Below are positions 9,658 through 17,687 of a stretch of DNA of 64,000 nt, in pieces. Within the stretch, counting starts at the first letter, position 1; each line of letters opens with the position of its first letter. The stretch comes from Cyclobacteriaceae bacterium. GTDB lineage: Bacteria > Bacteroidota > Bacteroidia > Cytophagales > Cyclobacteriaceae. The stretch lies in assembly GCA_041742535.1 (NCBI GenBank), contig JBGSIM010000022.1, forward strand, positions 464-64,463, read 5' to 3'. Made by a program: the position numbers and the translations under genes. Under the pieces are notes generated by a model. That model ran no database searches. It was given only the letters and a program-made list of their open reading frames with translations, and was not told the origin of the DNA.

Positions 9658-9960
9658 TTATTTAACACTTTCTATCACTTCTTTAAGTTTGGCAGGTTGC
9701 ACCACGCCTGATTGACGCCACTTAACCTCACCATTTTTGAACACAATTAAAGTCGGCACTCCTTGTATTTGAAAACTTTGTGCAATGGCCGGATTACGGT
9801 CAACATCAATCTTCACAATTTTAACCTGATCGCCCATTTTTGATTTCACTTCATCTAGAATAGGTTTCATCATTTTGCACGGGCCACACCATTCGGCAGA
9901 AAAGTCTACCAATGTGGGTACATCACTTTTAATGAGTTCAGAAAAATCTCCTTTCGCCAT
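9658..9960 (-). CDS. Thioredoxin
   Basis: WCGPC active site. The track start (TTG, 9969) was trimmed to the ATG at 9960 (MAKGDF..). Confidence 0.85.
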   Translation of the reverse strand: MAKGDFSELIKSDVPTLVDFSAEWCGPCKMMKPILDEVKSKMGDQVKIVKIDVDRNPAIAQSFQIQGVPTLIVFKNGEVKWRQSGVVQPAKLKEVIESVK

Positions 9961-9971
9961 AACTCTCAAAT

Positions 9972-10427
9972 TTATCCTTGCACAATAATACGAGGAACCA
10001 TAATAACATTTGACTTAATTGAATTTGAAATCAAACAAGCTTTCTCCGACTTGGTTAGCACTCGTTCAGCTCGTTCGCGTTCTTTTTCATCTTTAATCGT
10101 TACTGTAGGTTCCAGCACAATTTCTGTCATTAGAAACTTTCCTTCAATCTGATCGAGTTTTCCTTTAGAATTGCATGTAAAGGAAGTGAATTCTAATTTC
10201 GAGTTTTCAGCGATCGATAGAAAGGTAGTCATTAAACAACTGCTTACCGCTGCAGTAAACAAATGCTCTGGCGACCAGATGCCGGCAATACCTTTAGGGA
10301 ACTCAGGTGGGGTGGCCACTTCGATACACCCATCACCAGCTGAAAGATTGGTAAGCTCTGGTGAGCACATCATTCCTTTGCGATCAGAATTCCATTGAAC
10401 TTGTACATTATAATAATGAGGTTCCAT
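9972..10427 (-). CDS. OsmC/Ohr family peroxiredoxin-like protein
   Basis: [19 protein letters not shown] and EKACLISNS motifs. Start trimmed to MEPHYYN, which removes a 38-nt overlap with the upstream rhodanese. Confidence 0.75.
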   Translation of the reverse strand: MEPHYYNVQVQWNSDRKGMMCSPELTNLSAGDGCIEVATPPEFPKGIAGIWSPEHLFTAAVSSCLMTTFLSIAENSKLEFTSFTCNSKGKLDQIEGKFLMTEIVLEPTVTIKDEKERERAERVLTKSEKACLISNSIKSNVIMVPRIIVQG

Positions 10428-10431
10428 GATG

Positions 10432-10746
10432 TTAAAGTTTGTTTTGTAAGCCGATCCAACTTCCTCCATTAATTACCTGTGTATATCCTTTTGATTTTAA
10501 CATGCTTTTGGCAGCTCCGCTGCGCATGCCTGAAGCACAACACGTGATGATTACTTTGTTTTTATCAGGAAAGCGATTCGTATTTTGATTTAATTGATCA
10601 ACGGGTATGTTGATCGATCCGCGAATGTGACCACCTGAATACTCACCTTTTGTACGTACATCAATTATTACCGCACCGCTTTTCTTCAGTTCAGCAAAAT
10701 CAACTTTAGGCCCAAACCCGAATAGACTCTTTAATAGTTCAATCAT
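10432..10746 (-). CDS. Single-domain rhodanese sulfurtransferase
   Basis: 104 aa. Active-site loop CCASGMRS. IIDVRTKGEYSGGHI. Confidence 0.85.
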   Translation of the reverse strand: MIELLKSLFGFGPKVDFAELKKSGAVIIDVRTKGEYSGGHIRGSINIPVDQLNQNTNRFPDKNKVIITCCASGMRSGAAKSMLKSKGYTQVINGGSWIGLQNKL

Positions 10747-10747
10747 A

Positions 10748-11035
10748 TTAATTTGATAATTGGGTTTGTAAATAATTTATAGAATGCCAGCTTCCGGCAT
10801 TTACGCATTCAATGTTTTGTTCTTTTAAATATTGCGTGGCCATAGCACTTCGTCCGCCCGATGCGCAGCATAAGATTAAAGGCATATTAAGCTCCTTTAG
10901 TTCTTCAAGCCGTTGCAAAATTTCACTTACTGGTATATTAATCGAACCGTTAATATGCCCGCCCTGAAATTCGGAGGGTGTGCGCACATCGATTATCGTG
11001 CCTTGGTTGTTTTGAATAAGTTTTTCGAGATTCAT
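10748..11035 (-). CDS. Single-domain rhodanese sulfurtransferase
   Basis: 95 aa. Active-site loop CCASGGRS. IIDVRTPSEFQGGHI. Confidence 0.85.
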   Translation of the reverse strand: MNLEKLIQNNQGTIIDVRTPSEFQGGHINGSINIPVSEILQRLEELKELNMPLILCCASGGRSAMATQYLKEQNIECVNAGSWHSINYLQTQLSN

Positions 11036-11040
11036 ATTGA

Positions 11041-11232
11041 TTATTTATCTTTTTTTAAAATGCTTGCTCCTAAGCCGCCCATGATGGCTCCATACAACGA
11101 GGAGTTTAGTGGACTGGAAGTGATAGGACAGGAACCGCTCACACAGCCAATTTCCATCCAATAGATGTATCCTGCAGCAAGGCCGATTAAAGCGCCAACT
11201 GCTATGCCCACATGTTTTCTAATCTTAACCAT
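11041..11232 (-). CDS. Small two-helix membrane protein with CVSGSC motif (DUF6132-like)
   Basis: 63 aa, two hydrophobic segments flanking GCVSGSCP. The family name is from memory only. Confidence 0.55.
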   Translation of the reverse strand: MVKIRKHVGIAVGALIGLAAGYIYWMEIGCVSGSCPITSSPLNSSLYGAIMGGLGASILKKDK

Positions 11233-11437
11233 TCAGTTTTTTTCTCAATGTGCTGAGCCCGAAAGGAAGGTATAGCGGGCACACACTAACTAAGCTGGTT
11301 AAAACAAATACCGCTGCAAGAGCCAGTAAAATAATAGCTGTTGTACCGGAAATTATATTGGTGTAATAAAGTATTACAACAAGTGCTGCCAGTATCACTC
11401 GGATAATCCGGTCAGCTGAACCCATATTTTTTTTCAT
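11225..11437 (-). CDS. DUF2892 (YgaP-like) membrane protein
   Basis: 70 aa. GSADRIIRVILA motif, two TM helices, conserved Cys (SVCPLY). Confidence 0.7.
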   Translation of the reverse strand: MKKNMGSADRIIRVILAALVVILYYTNIISGTTAIILLALAAVFVLTSLVSVCPLYLPFGLSTLRKKLNG

Positions 11438-11459
11438 TGGTAGTAGTTTTTTGTTGATA

Positions 11460-11467
11460 CAAAACTA
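11460..11467 (-). promoter_or_regulatory. Candidate Bacteroidota -7 promoter box TAGTTTTG (TAnnTTTG)
   Basis: Minus-strand TAGTTTTG ends about 22 nt upstream of the ATG at 11437. Confidence 0.35.
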
Positions 11468-11488
11468 CGGCAGGGCTTTGCGAGAGAT

Positions 11489-11504
11489 TGTGACTTTCGT
11501 CACA
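11489..11504. promoter_or_regulatory. Perfect CRP/FNR-type palindrome TGTGACTTTCGTCACA (TGTGA-N6-TCACA)
   Basis: Read directly. Overlaps the stop codon (11500-11502) of the Crp/Fnr gene. Its centre is about 33 nt upstream of the candidate -7 box. Confidence 0.55.
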
Positions 11505-12111
11505 TAAGGGTTATTTTATTTCTTGATAGGGTAACCAAACCTTCGTTTTCCATTTGTTTAATTACCCTGGATATGGCTTCACGGGCTGTACCGAGCTCTT
11601 CTGCCAGTTGTTGGTGGGTTATTTTAATTTCGTTTGATTGATAAAGAGCAACTTTTTGCTTGATAAGTTGAAGCAACCGGGTATCTAGTTTTTGAAAGGC
11701 AATGGCATTTACGGCAGTAAGTAATTCTTCAAATCGTTTATGATACAGTTTGAAAATAAAATCCGACCACTCGGGAAATTTTTTAATCCATTCACTGGCT
11801 TTCTCTACAGGGATAAAAAGCATCTCTGCATCTTCTTCCACAATGGCTTTTACTTTACTGGTCTCATTATGGATTCCACCTAGGAATGACATAATACAGC
11901 TTTCGCCAGGAGTGATGTAGTATAAAAGTATTTCATGCCCATCATGGTCTGTGCGCATTACCTTTAAACTCCCAGTTAGTACAAGGGGAATTGCTTTTAT
12001 GTAACTGTCTTCTTGTTGGATAACCGAGCCCGCAGGAAATTTCTTTAATTGACCATAGGTAGAAACTTCATTTTTGAGAAGTGAATGGAAAATTGAGTCA
12101 GAGGAGGCCAT
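11500..12111 (-). CDS. Crp/Fnr family transcriptional regulator
   Basis: cNMP-binding-like N-terminus plus C-terminal HTH (LAEELGTAREAISRVIKQMENEGLV). Start trimmed to MASSDSIF, which removes the overlap with the upstream gene. Confidence 0.8.
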   Translation of the reverse strand: MASSDSIFHSLLKNEVSTYGQLKKFPAGSVIQQEDSYIKAIPLVLTGSLKVMRTDHDGHEILLYYITPGESCIMSFLGGIHNETSKVKAIVEEDAEMLFIPVEKASEWIKKFPEWSDFIFKLYHKRFEELLTAVNAIAFQKLDTRLLQLIKQKVALYQSNEIKITHQQLAEELGTAREAISRVIKQMENEGLVTLSRNKITLM

Positions 12112-12119
12112 GTACTTAA

Positions 12120-12665
12120 CTAAGAAAGCAAGAATAGAAAGACAAGTGGAAAGATTAAACCAATCAATGCGAGCTTCCACCCGCGACCCCAAAAACTATT
12201 TTCACCTTTTTGAATGAACATTCCGGTGCATGCAATCACAAGCATGGCCACGCCAAAAATATCTGAATAGTAAATCCACCATTTACTGGTGTCCTGATGG
12301 AGCTGGGTCATTTGTCCTAGCAGCGGAGTTATTCTGTAGGTTTCAATTTTTCCTTTGCCCGTGGTTAGGTCAATCTTTACATCATTGCTTACATAAGAAA
12401 TGTTCAGATTATTTCCATTGACAGCAAACCTGCGCAGGTTGTCTTCAATATTAAATTCTTTGGTAAAATCGGCAATAAACTGATCGTTTACTGAATCAGC
12501 GGCAACTAATGACTTTAGTTGAATCTCTTGCGAATTATAGGTGTAGCTTCTTGGGTGCCATGACTGGCGATGGTTAAGAAAAATTCCTGAAATGGAAAAT
12601 GCGATGATAAGTCCTAAAAAAAAGTATGCAATGTCGCGATGCGTGTTACGGGCAGTAAGTTTCAT
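12120..12665 (-). CDS. PepSY-associated TM helix family membrane protein
   Basis: 181 aa. N-terminal RDIAYFFLGLIIAFSISGIFLNHR and a C-terminal TM pair. Confidence 0.55.
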   Translation of the reverse strand: MKLTARNTHRDIAYFFLGLIIAFSISGIFLNHRQSWHPRSYTYNSQEIQLKSLVAADSVNDQFIADFTKEFNIEDNLRRFAVNGNNLNISYVSNDVKIDLTTGKGKIETYRITPLLGQMTQLHQDTSKWWIYYSDIFGVAMLVIACTGMFIQKGENSFWGRGWKLALIGLIFPLVFLFLLS

Positions 12666-12703
12666 TTAGCAATAAGAATTAAATATGATTTGTTGATTTT
12701 TTA

Positions 12704-14035
12704 TTATTTCCCGAATGGATTCATTGCATTTAACGCACGCTTGCCACCACCCATTTTATTCATGGTCTTCATCATTTTGCGCATATCGTCAAATTGCTTG
12801 AGCAATTGATTTACTTGCTGCACATTGGTGCCACTGCCTTTTGCAATTCTGGCTTTGCGGCTCACATTTATTTTGTCAGGATTTTGACGCTCATCAATCG
12901 TCATGGACCGAATGATTGCTTCAATTGGCTTGAATGAGTTATCATCAATGTCAACACCTTTCATTGCTTTACCCATGCCTGGGATCATACCCAACAAATC
13001 TTTCATGTTGCCCATCTTCTTGATTTGCTCCAGTTGTGAAAGAAAGTCGTTGAAGTCGAACTGGTTCTTACGCATTTTGGCATTGAGCCTGCGCGTTTCA
13101 TCTTCATCAAAAGTTTCTTGTGCCTTTTCAACCAAGCTCACGACATCACCCATGCCTAAAATCCGGCTGGCCATGCGATCCGGGTAGAAGCGATCAATGG
13201 CTTCCATCTTCTCGCCTGAGCTGATGAACTTAATTGGTTTGTCAACTACCCTGCGTATTGATAAAGCAGCACCCCCGCGTGTATCACCATCCAACTTGGT
13301 TAACACAACCCCATTAAAATTTAAGCGATCATTAAAAGCCTTGGCTGTGTTCACTGCATCCTGACCCGTCATCGAGTCAACTACAAATAATGTTTCGGAT
13401 GGCTTGATCGCTTCTTTTAAGTTTGCGATCTCATTCATCATTTGTTCATCAACCGCCAAGCGACCGGCTGTATCTACAATAACAATCCGATAATTATTTT
13501 TCTTCGCATGCTCAATCGCAGCTTTCGCGATTTTTACAGCATCTTTATTTTCAGGCTCAGCATATACTTCAACACCAATCTGCTCACCTAATACTTTCAA
13601 CTGATCAATTGCAGCGGGGCGGTATATGTCACAAGCTGTTAACATCACTTGTCGACCCTGACGCTTCAGATAGCTTGCTAACTTTCCTGAGAATGTAGTT
13701 TTACCAGAACCTTGTAAGCCGGCAATTAAGATAATGGCTGGATTTCCTTCTATTGAAATATCTTCACTGTCCCCACCCATTAAAAGAGTTAGTTCATCAT
13801 TGGTGATTTTTGTTAACAATTGCCCAGGCGAAATTGCAGTGAGCACATTTTGCCCCATTGCTTTTTCTTTGATGTCGTCTGTTACTTCTTTGGCAACCTT
13901 ATAGTTAACATCCGCATCAATCAATGCTTTGCGAATTTCCTTTACCGTAGTGGCAACGTTAATTTCTGTAATTCTTCCCTGGCCTTTTAGGGTTTGAAAG
14001 GCCTTTTCCAACTTGAGACTTAAACTATCGAACAT
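12704..14035 (-). CDS. ffh: Signal recognition particle protein Ffh
   Basis: 443 aa. GLQGSGKTT P-loop, DTAGR, TKLDGD, and a Met-rich C-terminal M domain. Confidence 0.95.
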   Translation of the reverse strand: MFDSLSLKLEKAFQTLKGQGRITEINVATTVKEIRKALIDADVNYKVAKEVTDDIKEKAMGQNVLTAISPGQLLTKITNDELTLLMGGDSEDISIEGNPAIILIAGLQGSGKTTFSGKLASYLKRQGRQVMLTACDIYRPAAIDQLKVLGEQIGVEVYAEPENKDAVKIAKAAIEHAKKNNYRIVIVDTAGRLAVDEQMMNEIANLKEAIKPSETLFVVDSMTGQDAVNTAKAFNDRLNFNGVVLTKLDGDTRGGAALSIRRVVDKPIKFISSGEKMEAIDRFYPDRMASRILGMGDVVSLVEKAQETFDEDETRRLNAKMRKNQFDFNDFLSQLEQIKKMGNMKDLLGMIPGMGKAMKGVDIDDNSFKPIEAIIRSMTIDERQNPDKINVSRKARIAKGSGTNVQQVNQLLKQFDDMRKMMKTMNKMGGGKRALNAMNPFGK

Positions 14036-14090
14036 GATGTAAATTAAATTGGCAGCAAAGGTAATGGGTATTTTTGATTCGTAAAATGGA

Positions 14091-14113
14091 AAAGTTGGTA
14101 AAAAACCAACTTT
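14091..14113. promoter_or_regulatory. 23-bp palindrome AAAGTTGG-TAAAAAA-CCAACTTT, candidate HigBA operator
   Basis: 8-bp perfect arms, ending 17 nt upstream of the higB GTG start. Confidence 0.35.
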
Positions 14114-14129
14114 TAATTACCTTTACTAA

Positions 14130-14426
14130 GTGAACGTAGTGAGTCGGAAAAAAATAATTGAATTTTATCTGATTCACTCAGATTGCCGGGATGCTTTGGA
14201 AACCTGGTATAAAATCAGTAAAAAAGCAGATTGGTCAAATTTCAATCAGGTTCGAGAGTTTTTTCCGTCTGCTGATTGGATTGGGGAGGATCGGGTTGTT
14301 TTTAATATTAAGGGAAATAAATATCGTCTGATTGCTCGGTTTAGTTTTAGGTATAAAGCCTTGCAGATAAAATGGATTGGAACCCATGCTCAATATGATG
14401 AAGTAGATGTTTTAAAAATTAATTGA
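14130..14426 (+). CDS. higB: Type II toxin HigB (RelE-fold mRNA interferase, HigB_toxin family)
   Basis: 98 aa, GTG start. VVSRKKIIEFY..W, FNIKGNKYRLIA and IKWIGTHAQYD pattern. Confidence 0.75.
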   Translation: MNVVSRKKIIEFYLIHSDCRDALETWYKISKKADWSNFNQVREFFPSADWIGEDRVVFNIKGNKYRLIARFSFRYKALQIKWIGTHAQYDEVDVLKIN

Positions 14427-14809
14427 TTATGAAACAGTGGTTGGTATTGGAAAATAAGAAGGATTATGAATTGGCTATTGAGCGAATTGAAAAATTGATG
14501 GAAATGAATCCAGGTACCAAAACTGATGCCGGACGAGAACTCAAGTTGCTTCTCCTTTTAGTTGAACGGTACGAAGAAGAGCATTATCCCATCGGAGCAC
14601 CAGATCCAATAGAGGCGATCAAATTACGGATGGATGAATTGAATTTGTTGCCATCAGATTTGATTGATGCAATCGGAGATAAGGGCACAGTTTCTAAAGT
14701 ACTTAATAAAAAGGTTCTACTTTCTTTAAGAATGATTCGAAATCTTTATGTTCTGCTAAAGTTGCCTCCTGAAATTCTTATTCAGGAAATTGATAAAAAG
14801 GCGGCTTAA
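14423..14809 (+). CDS. higA: HigA-type HTH antitoxin (COG5499-like)
   Basis: 128 aa. 4-nt overlap with higB. EEEHYPIGAPDPIEAIKLRMDELNL.. followed by an HTH-like segment. Confidence 0.7.
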   Translation: MIMKQWLVLENKKDYELAIERIEKLMEMNPGTKTDAGRELKLLLLLVERYEEEHYPIGAPDPIEAIKLRMDELNLLPSDLIDAIGDKGTVSKVLNKKVLLSLRMIRNLYVLLKLPPEILIQEIDKKAA

Positions 14810-14844
14810 AAAAATTCAAAAGAAAATTATTAAAAGATTACTTA

Positions 14845-15822
14845 ATGGAATACAGAAAGCTAGCAAATTCAGATTTAGAAGTTTCAGTAATTACGTTTGG
14901 TGCCTGGGCAGCGGGCGGTTGGATGTGGGGAAAGACAGATCGTGATGAAGCAATTGAAGCAATCAGAGCATCGTATGATTTGGGAGTAACCTCTATTGAC
15001 ACCGCACCTATTTATGGTCAGGGTGAAAGCGAAGAAATTGTTGGGGATGCGATTAAAGGAATCAGTCGCGATAAAATTCAAATTCTAACCAAGTATGGAA
15101 TGCGATGGGATTTGGCTAAAGGTGATTTCGGTTTTAAGAGCAAAAATAATGACGGTGTTGAAATCGATATTTATAAATATGCGGGTAAGGAAAGCATTAT
15201 TAAAGAATGCGAGAACAGCTTAAAAAGATTGGGTACCGATTACATTGATCTTTACCAGATTCATTGGCCTGAATCCACAACACCGATCGCTGAAAGCATG
15301 GAAGCAGTGACAACTTTAATTAAACAAGGTAAAGTAAGGCATGCCGGTGTTTGTAATTATAATGCGGACCAAATGGCTGAAGCAGAAAAAACAATCTCAT
15401 TGGTTTCTAATCAGATTCCGTTTAGCATGGTGAATAGAGCGGTGGAGGAGAGGACTGTGCCTTATTGTATTGAACATAACAAATCTGTGTTGGCGTATAG
15501 TCCGCTGGAGCGTGGATTGTTAACAGGTAAAATAACTTCGGATTATAAATTTCAGGAGGGCGATCATCGAACCACCAATAAATACTTCACTGCCGAGAGT
15601 ATTGAAAAGACCAATGCTTTTTTGGAAAAATTAAAACCGATGGCAGCAGAGAAGAATGCAACACTGAGTCAGTTGGTGTTGCGTTGGACAATTGAACGCG
15701 CTGGAATCACCATTGCATTGGTGGGTGCGCGTAATGCAGCTCAAGCCATTCAAAATGCAAAAGCAATTGAGGTAAAACTTAGTAAGGAAGAGATTAAGTT
15801 TATTGATAGCAATTTATTTTGA
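14845..15822 (+). CDS. Aldo/keto reductase
   Basis: 325 aa. SIDTAPIYGQGESEEIVG and YIDLYQIHWP motifs. Confidence 0.9.
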   Translation: MEYRKLANSDLEVSVITFGAWAAGGWMWGKTDRDEAIEAIRASYDLGVTSIDTAPIYGQGESEEIVGDAIKGISRDKIQILTKYGMRWDLAKGDFGFKSKNNDGVEIDIYKYAGKESIIKECENSLKRLGTDYIDLYQIHWPESTTPIAESMEAVTTLIKQGKVRHAGVCNYNADQMAEAEKTISLVSNQIPFSMVNRAVEERTVPYCIEHNKSVLAYSPLERGLLTGKITSDYKFQEGDHRTTNKYFTAESIEKTNAFLEKLKPMAAEKNATLSQLVLRWTIERAGITIALVGARNAAQAIQNAKAIEVKLSKEEIKFIDSNLF

Positions 15823-15833
15823 TTTTGAGATAG

Positions 15834-16058
15834 CTATTTGCCTTCTCTAAAACCAAGTAAAGTCAACTCAACAACAATTAGTTTCTTATTGAAATTTGAG
15901 TAGAGCAACTTTATGAAGTCTTTATTCTGAAGGTCGTTTGCAAATTCAAATGCTTGGTCAAAATCAAATGAGGTTGGTAATTGTTCTAAAATATTGCCGG
16001 TGCCTCCTTTTTCGGTCAGATATTTTAATACAGATTTTTCTAAATCACTGACTGACAT
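15834..16058 (-). CDS. Hypothetical small protein
   Basis: 74-aa ORF filling an otherwise empty gap. No family recognised. Confidence 0.4.
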   Translation of the reverse strand: MSVSDLEKSVLKYLTEKGGTGNILEQLPTSFDFDQAFEFANDLQNKDFIKLLYSNFNKKLIVVELTLLGFREGK

Positions 16059-16112
16059 AGTTAACTTTGTTAAGAATAGATTAACCCATGCAACTTACTT
16101 AAAATCTGGCGT

Positions 16113-16574
16113 ATGAGAATCATGTTACTTTTGCTTCTGATTTCAACAGGAGTTTTTTCTCAAACGCCAGCATCAAAAGAAACCGTTCGCATTGAGAAAT
16201 TATCATGGTTAGAAGGAACCTGGAATCGAACCAATGTAAAGCCGGGACGGAGCGGTCATGAACGTTGGGAACGAAAGAGTGATATGATGCAAGGGTGGGG
16301 TGTGAGCATGAATGGTGTTGATACTTCCTTTGTGGAAAAAATAAAAATTTTATCTAAGGATGGAGAGCTGTACTATCTAGCTGATGTGCCTGAAAATCAA
16401 CAACCGGTCCATTTCAAATTAACAACGATAACTGACACTAGCTTTGTATGTGAAAATCAAGACCATGATTTTCCTAAAGTGATTTCATATCAGCGAGAAG
16501 GCACTAACCTAAAGGCAATTATTTCCGGGAATGGAAAAGCAATTGATTTTTACTTTGAGAAAATAAATCCATAA
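16113..16574 (+). CDS. Secreted hypothetical protein (DUF6265-like)
   Basis: Signal peptide. LSWLEGTWNR..ERWE pattern. Family name from memory. Confidence 0.5.
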   Translation: MRIMLLLLLISTGVFSQTPASKETVRIEKLSWLEGTWNRTNVKPGRSGHERWERKSDMMQGWGVSMNGVDTSFVEKIKILSKDGELYYLADVPENQQPVHFKLTTITDTSFVCENQDHDFPKVISYQREGTNLKAIISGNGKAIDFYFEKINP

Positions 16575-16580
16575 CACCTC

Positions 16581-17150
16581 GTGACTGAACTAGAGAAGTA
16601 CATCCAAACTTATTTTGGAGTAAGCAATCAAGAACTTAACGAGATCAGCTTACTATTTAAACCGATTCAACTTAAGAAGGGTGACTATTATTTAAAAACC
16701 GGAAAGCGATCCGATCGATTAGGTTTTGTTCAATCGGGAATCATTCGCGAATTTCTTTACATCGAAGACAAAGAAGTAACGAAATGGATTTCTACGAAAG
16801 GATATTTTGCAGTTGATCTTTCGAGTTTTGTTTTTGATCAACCGGCACGTTGGAATATTCAGGCACTAGTGGATAGTGAACTCTATGTAATTGATCATAT
16901 CGATTATAAAAAAATAGGGAAGGTGATTCCTCGCTGGGCAGAATTGGAAAAACTATTTATTGCAAAGTGTTTTACGGTTTTAGAAGATCGTATTGTTACG
17001 CATTTATCGATGACCGCTGAGGAAAGATATCAACAGCTTTTCAACTTCAATAAAGAATTATTTAATCTGGTACCGCTGCAATATTTAGCCTCCATGCTGG
17101 GAATGACTCCCGAAACCTTAAGTCGATTGAGAAAAAAAGCCATTCAATAA
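16581..17150 (+). CDS. Crp/Fnr family transcriptional regulator
   Basis: 189 aa, GTG start. cNMP-binding-like fold (KKGDYYLKTGKRSDRLGFVQSGIIR) and a C-terminal HTH (LASMLGMTPETLSRLRKK). Confidence 0.8.
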   Translation: MTELEKYIQTYFGVSNQELNEISLLFKPIQLKKGDYYLKTGKRSDRLGFVQSGIIREFLYIEDKEVTKWISTKGYFAVDLSSFVFDQPARWNIQALVDSELYVIDHIDYKKIGKVIPRWAELEKLFIAKCFTVLEDRIVTHLSMTAEERYQQLFNFNKELFNLVPLQYLASMLGMTPETLSRLRKKAIQ

Positions 17151-17152
17151 CT

Positions 17153-17170
17153 TCTTGATTTTTGTCAAGA
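17153..17170. promoter_or_regulatory. Palindrome TCTTGA-N6-TCAAGA
   Basis: TCTTGATTTTTGTCAAGA begins 3 nt after the regulator stop and lies about 83 nt upstream of the next ATG (17253). Confidence 0.35.
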
Positions 17171-17252
17171 GCAAGCCTAGATTTTGTGTTCACCTTTGTG
17201 ATGTCATTAAGACAAAGCAAGGGTAATATTTATTTCACAAAATAATTAAACA

Positions 17253-17687
17253 ATGAAATCTATTAATCATCAAGCGCCAGTTCTTGCCAACGAGTCGATT
17301 ACTATCAACGCCAATCCTGAAAAAGTTTGGGAAATCATCACCAGCATTAATAATTGGCCGAGCTGGCAGACTGACATCAGTAATTCTAAATTAAACGGAA
17401 CATTGCAGTCCGGAACTTCGTTTGTTTGGAAAACGGGTGGTTCAAAAATTCAGTCTACACTTCATACTGTTAAGCCTTTCACTCAATTTGGATGGACGGG
17501 TAAAACTTTCGGAGTCTTTGCAATCCATAATTGGACTTTAACTTCTCAAGATGGAAAAACTGTTGTTTTAGTTGAAGAAAGTATGGAGGGCTTGCTGGCA
17601 AAACTATTCAGTAATGCCTTTAATAAAATGCTTGAGAAAGGAATGCTAAACTGGCTTGACTTGTTGAAGAAAGAGTGTGAAAAATAA
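17253..17687 (+). CDS. SRPBCC (START/Bet v1-like) superfamily protein
   Basis: 144 aa. PEKVWEIITSINNWPSWQTDI pattern. Confidence 0.7.
   Translation: MKSINHQAPVLANESITINANPEKVWEIITSINNWPSWQTDISNSKLNGTLQSGTSFVWKTGGSKIQSTLHTVKPFTQFGWTGKTFGVFAIHNWTLTSQDGKTVVLVEESMEGLLAKLFSNAFNKMLEKGMLNWLDLLKKECEK

Noticed and set aside
10428-10469. Over-extended ORF-track starts that create gene overlaps (OsmC 10469, Crp 12192, glycerate kinase 18911, TauE 28513, ABC ATPase 47649, TolC 48393, WYL 38658, OMP 42284, GyrI-like 39745)
   Set aside because: In each case an internal start codon sits just after the upstream gene's stop. It yields the N-terminus expected for the family or a proper signal peptide, so the long overlaps are artefacts of longest-ORF calling, not real overlaps.
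12903-13187. 94-aa + strand ORF antisense to ffh. Similar cases are 28352-28681 and 28725-29123 (antisense to the Mo-domain-like and TauE genes), 37750-38079 and 38224-38409 (antisense to the symporter), and 33237-35484 (several, antisense to the FtsX permease).
   Set aside because: Each overlaps a gene with strong family motifs on the other strand, and none has recognisable features.
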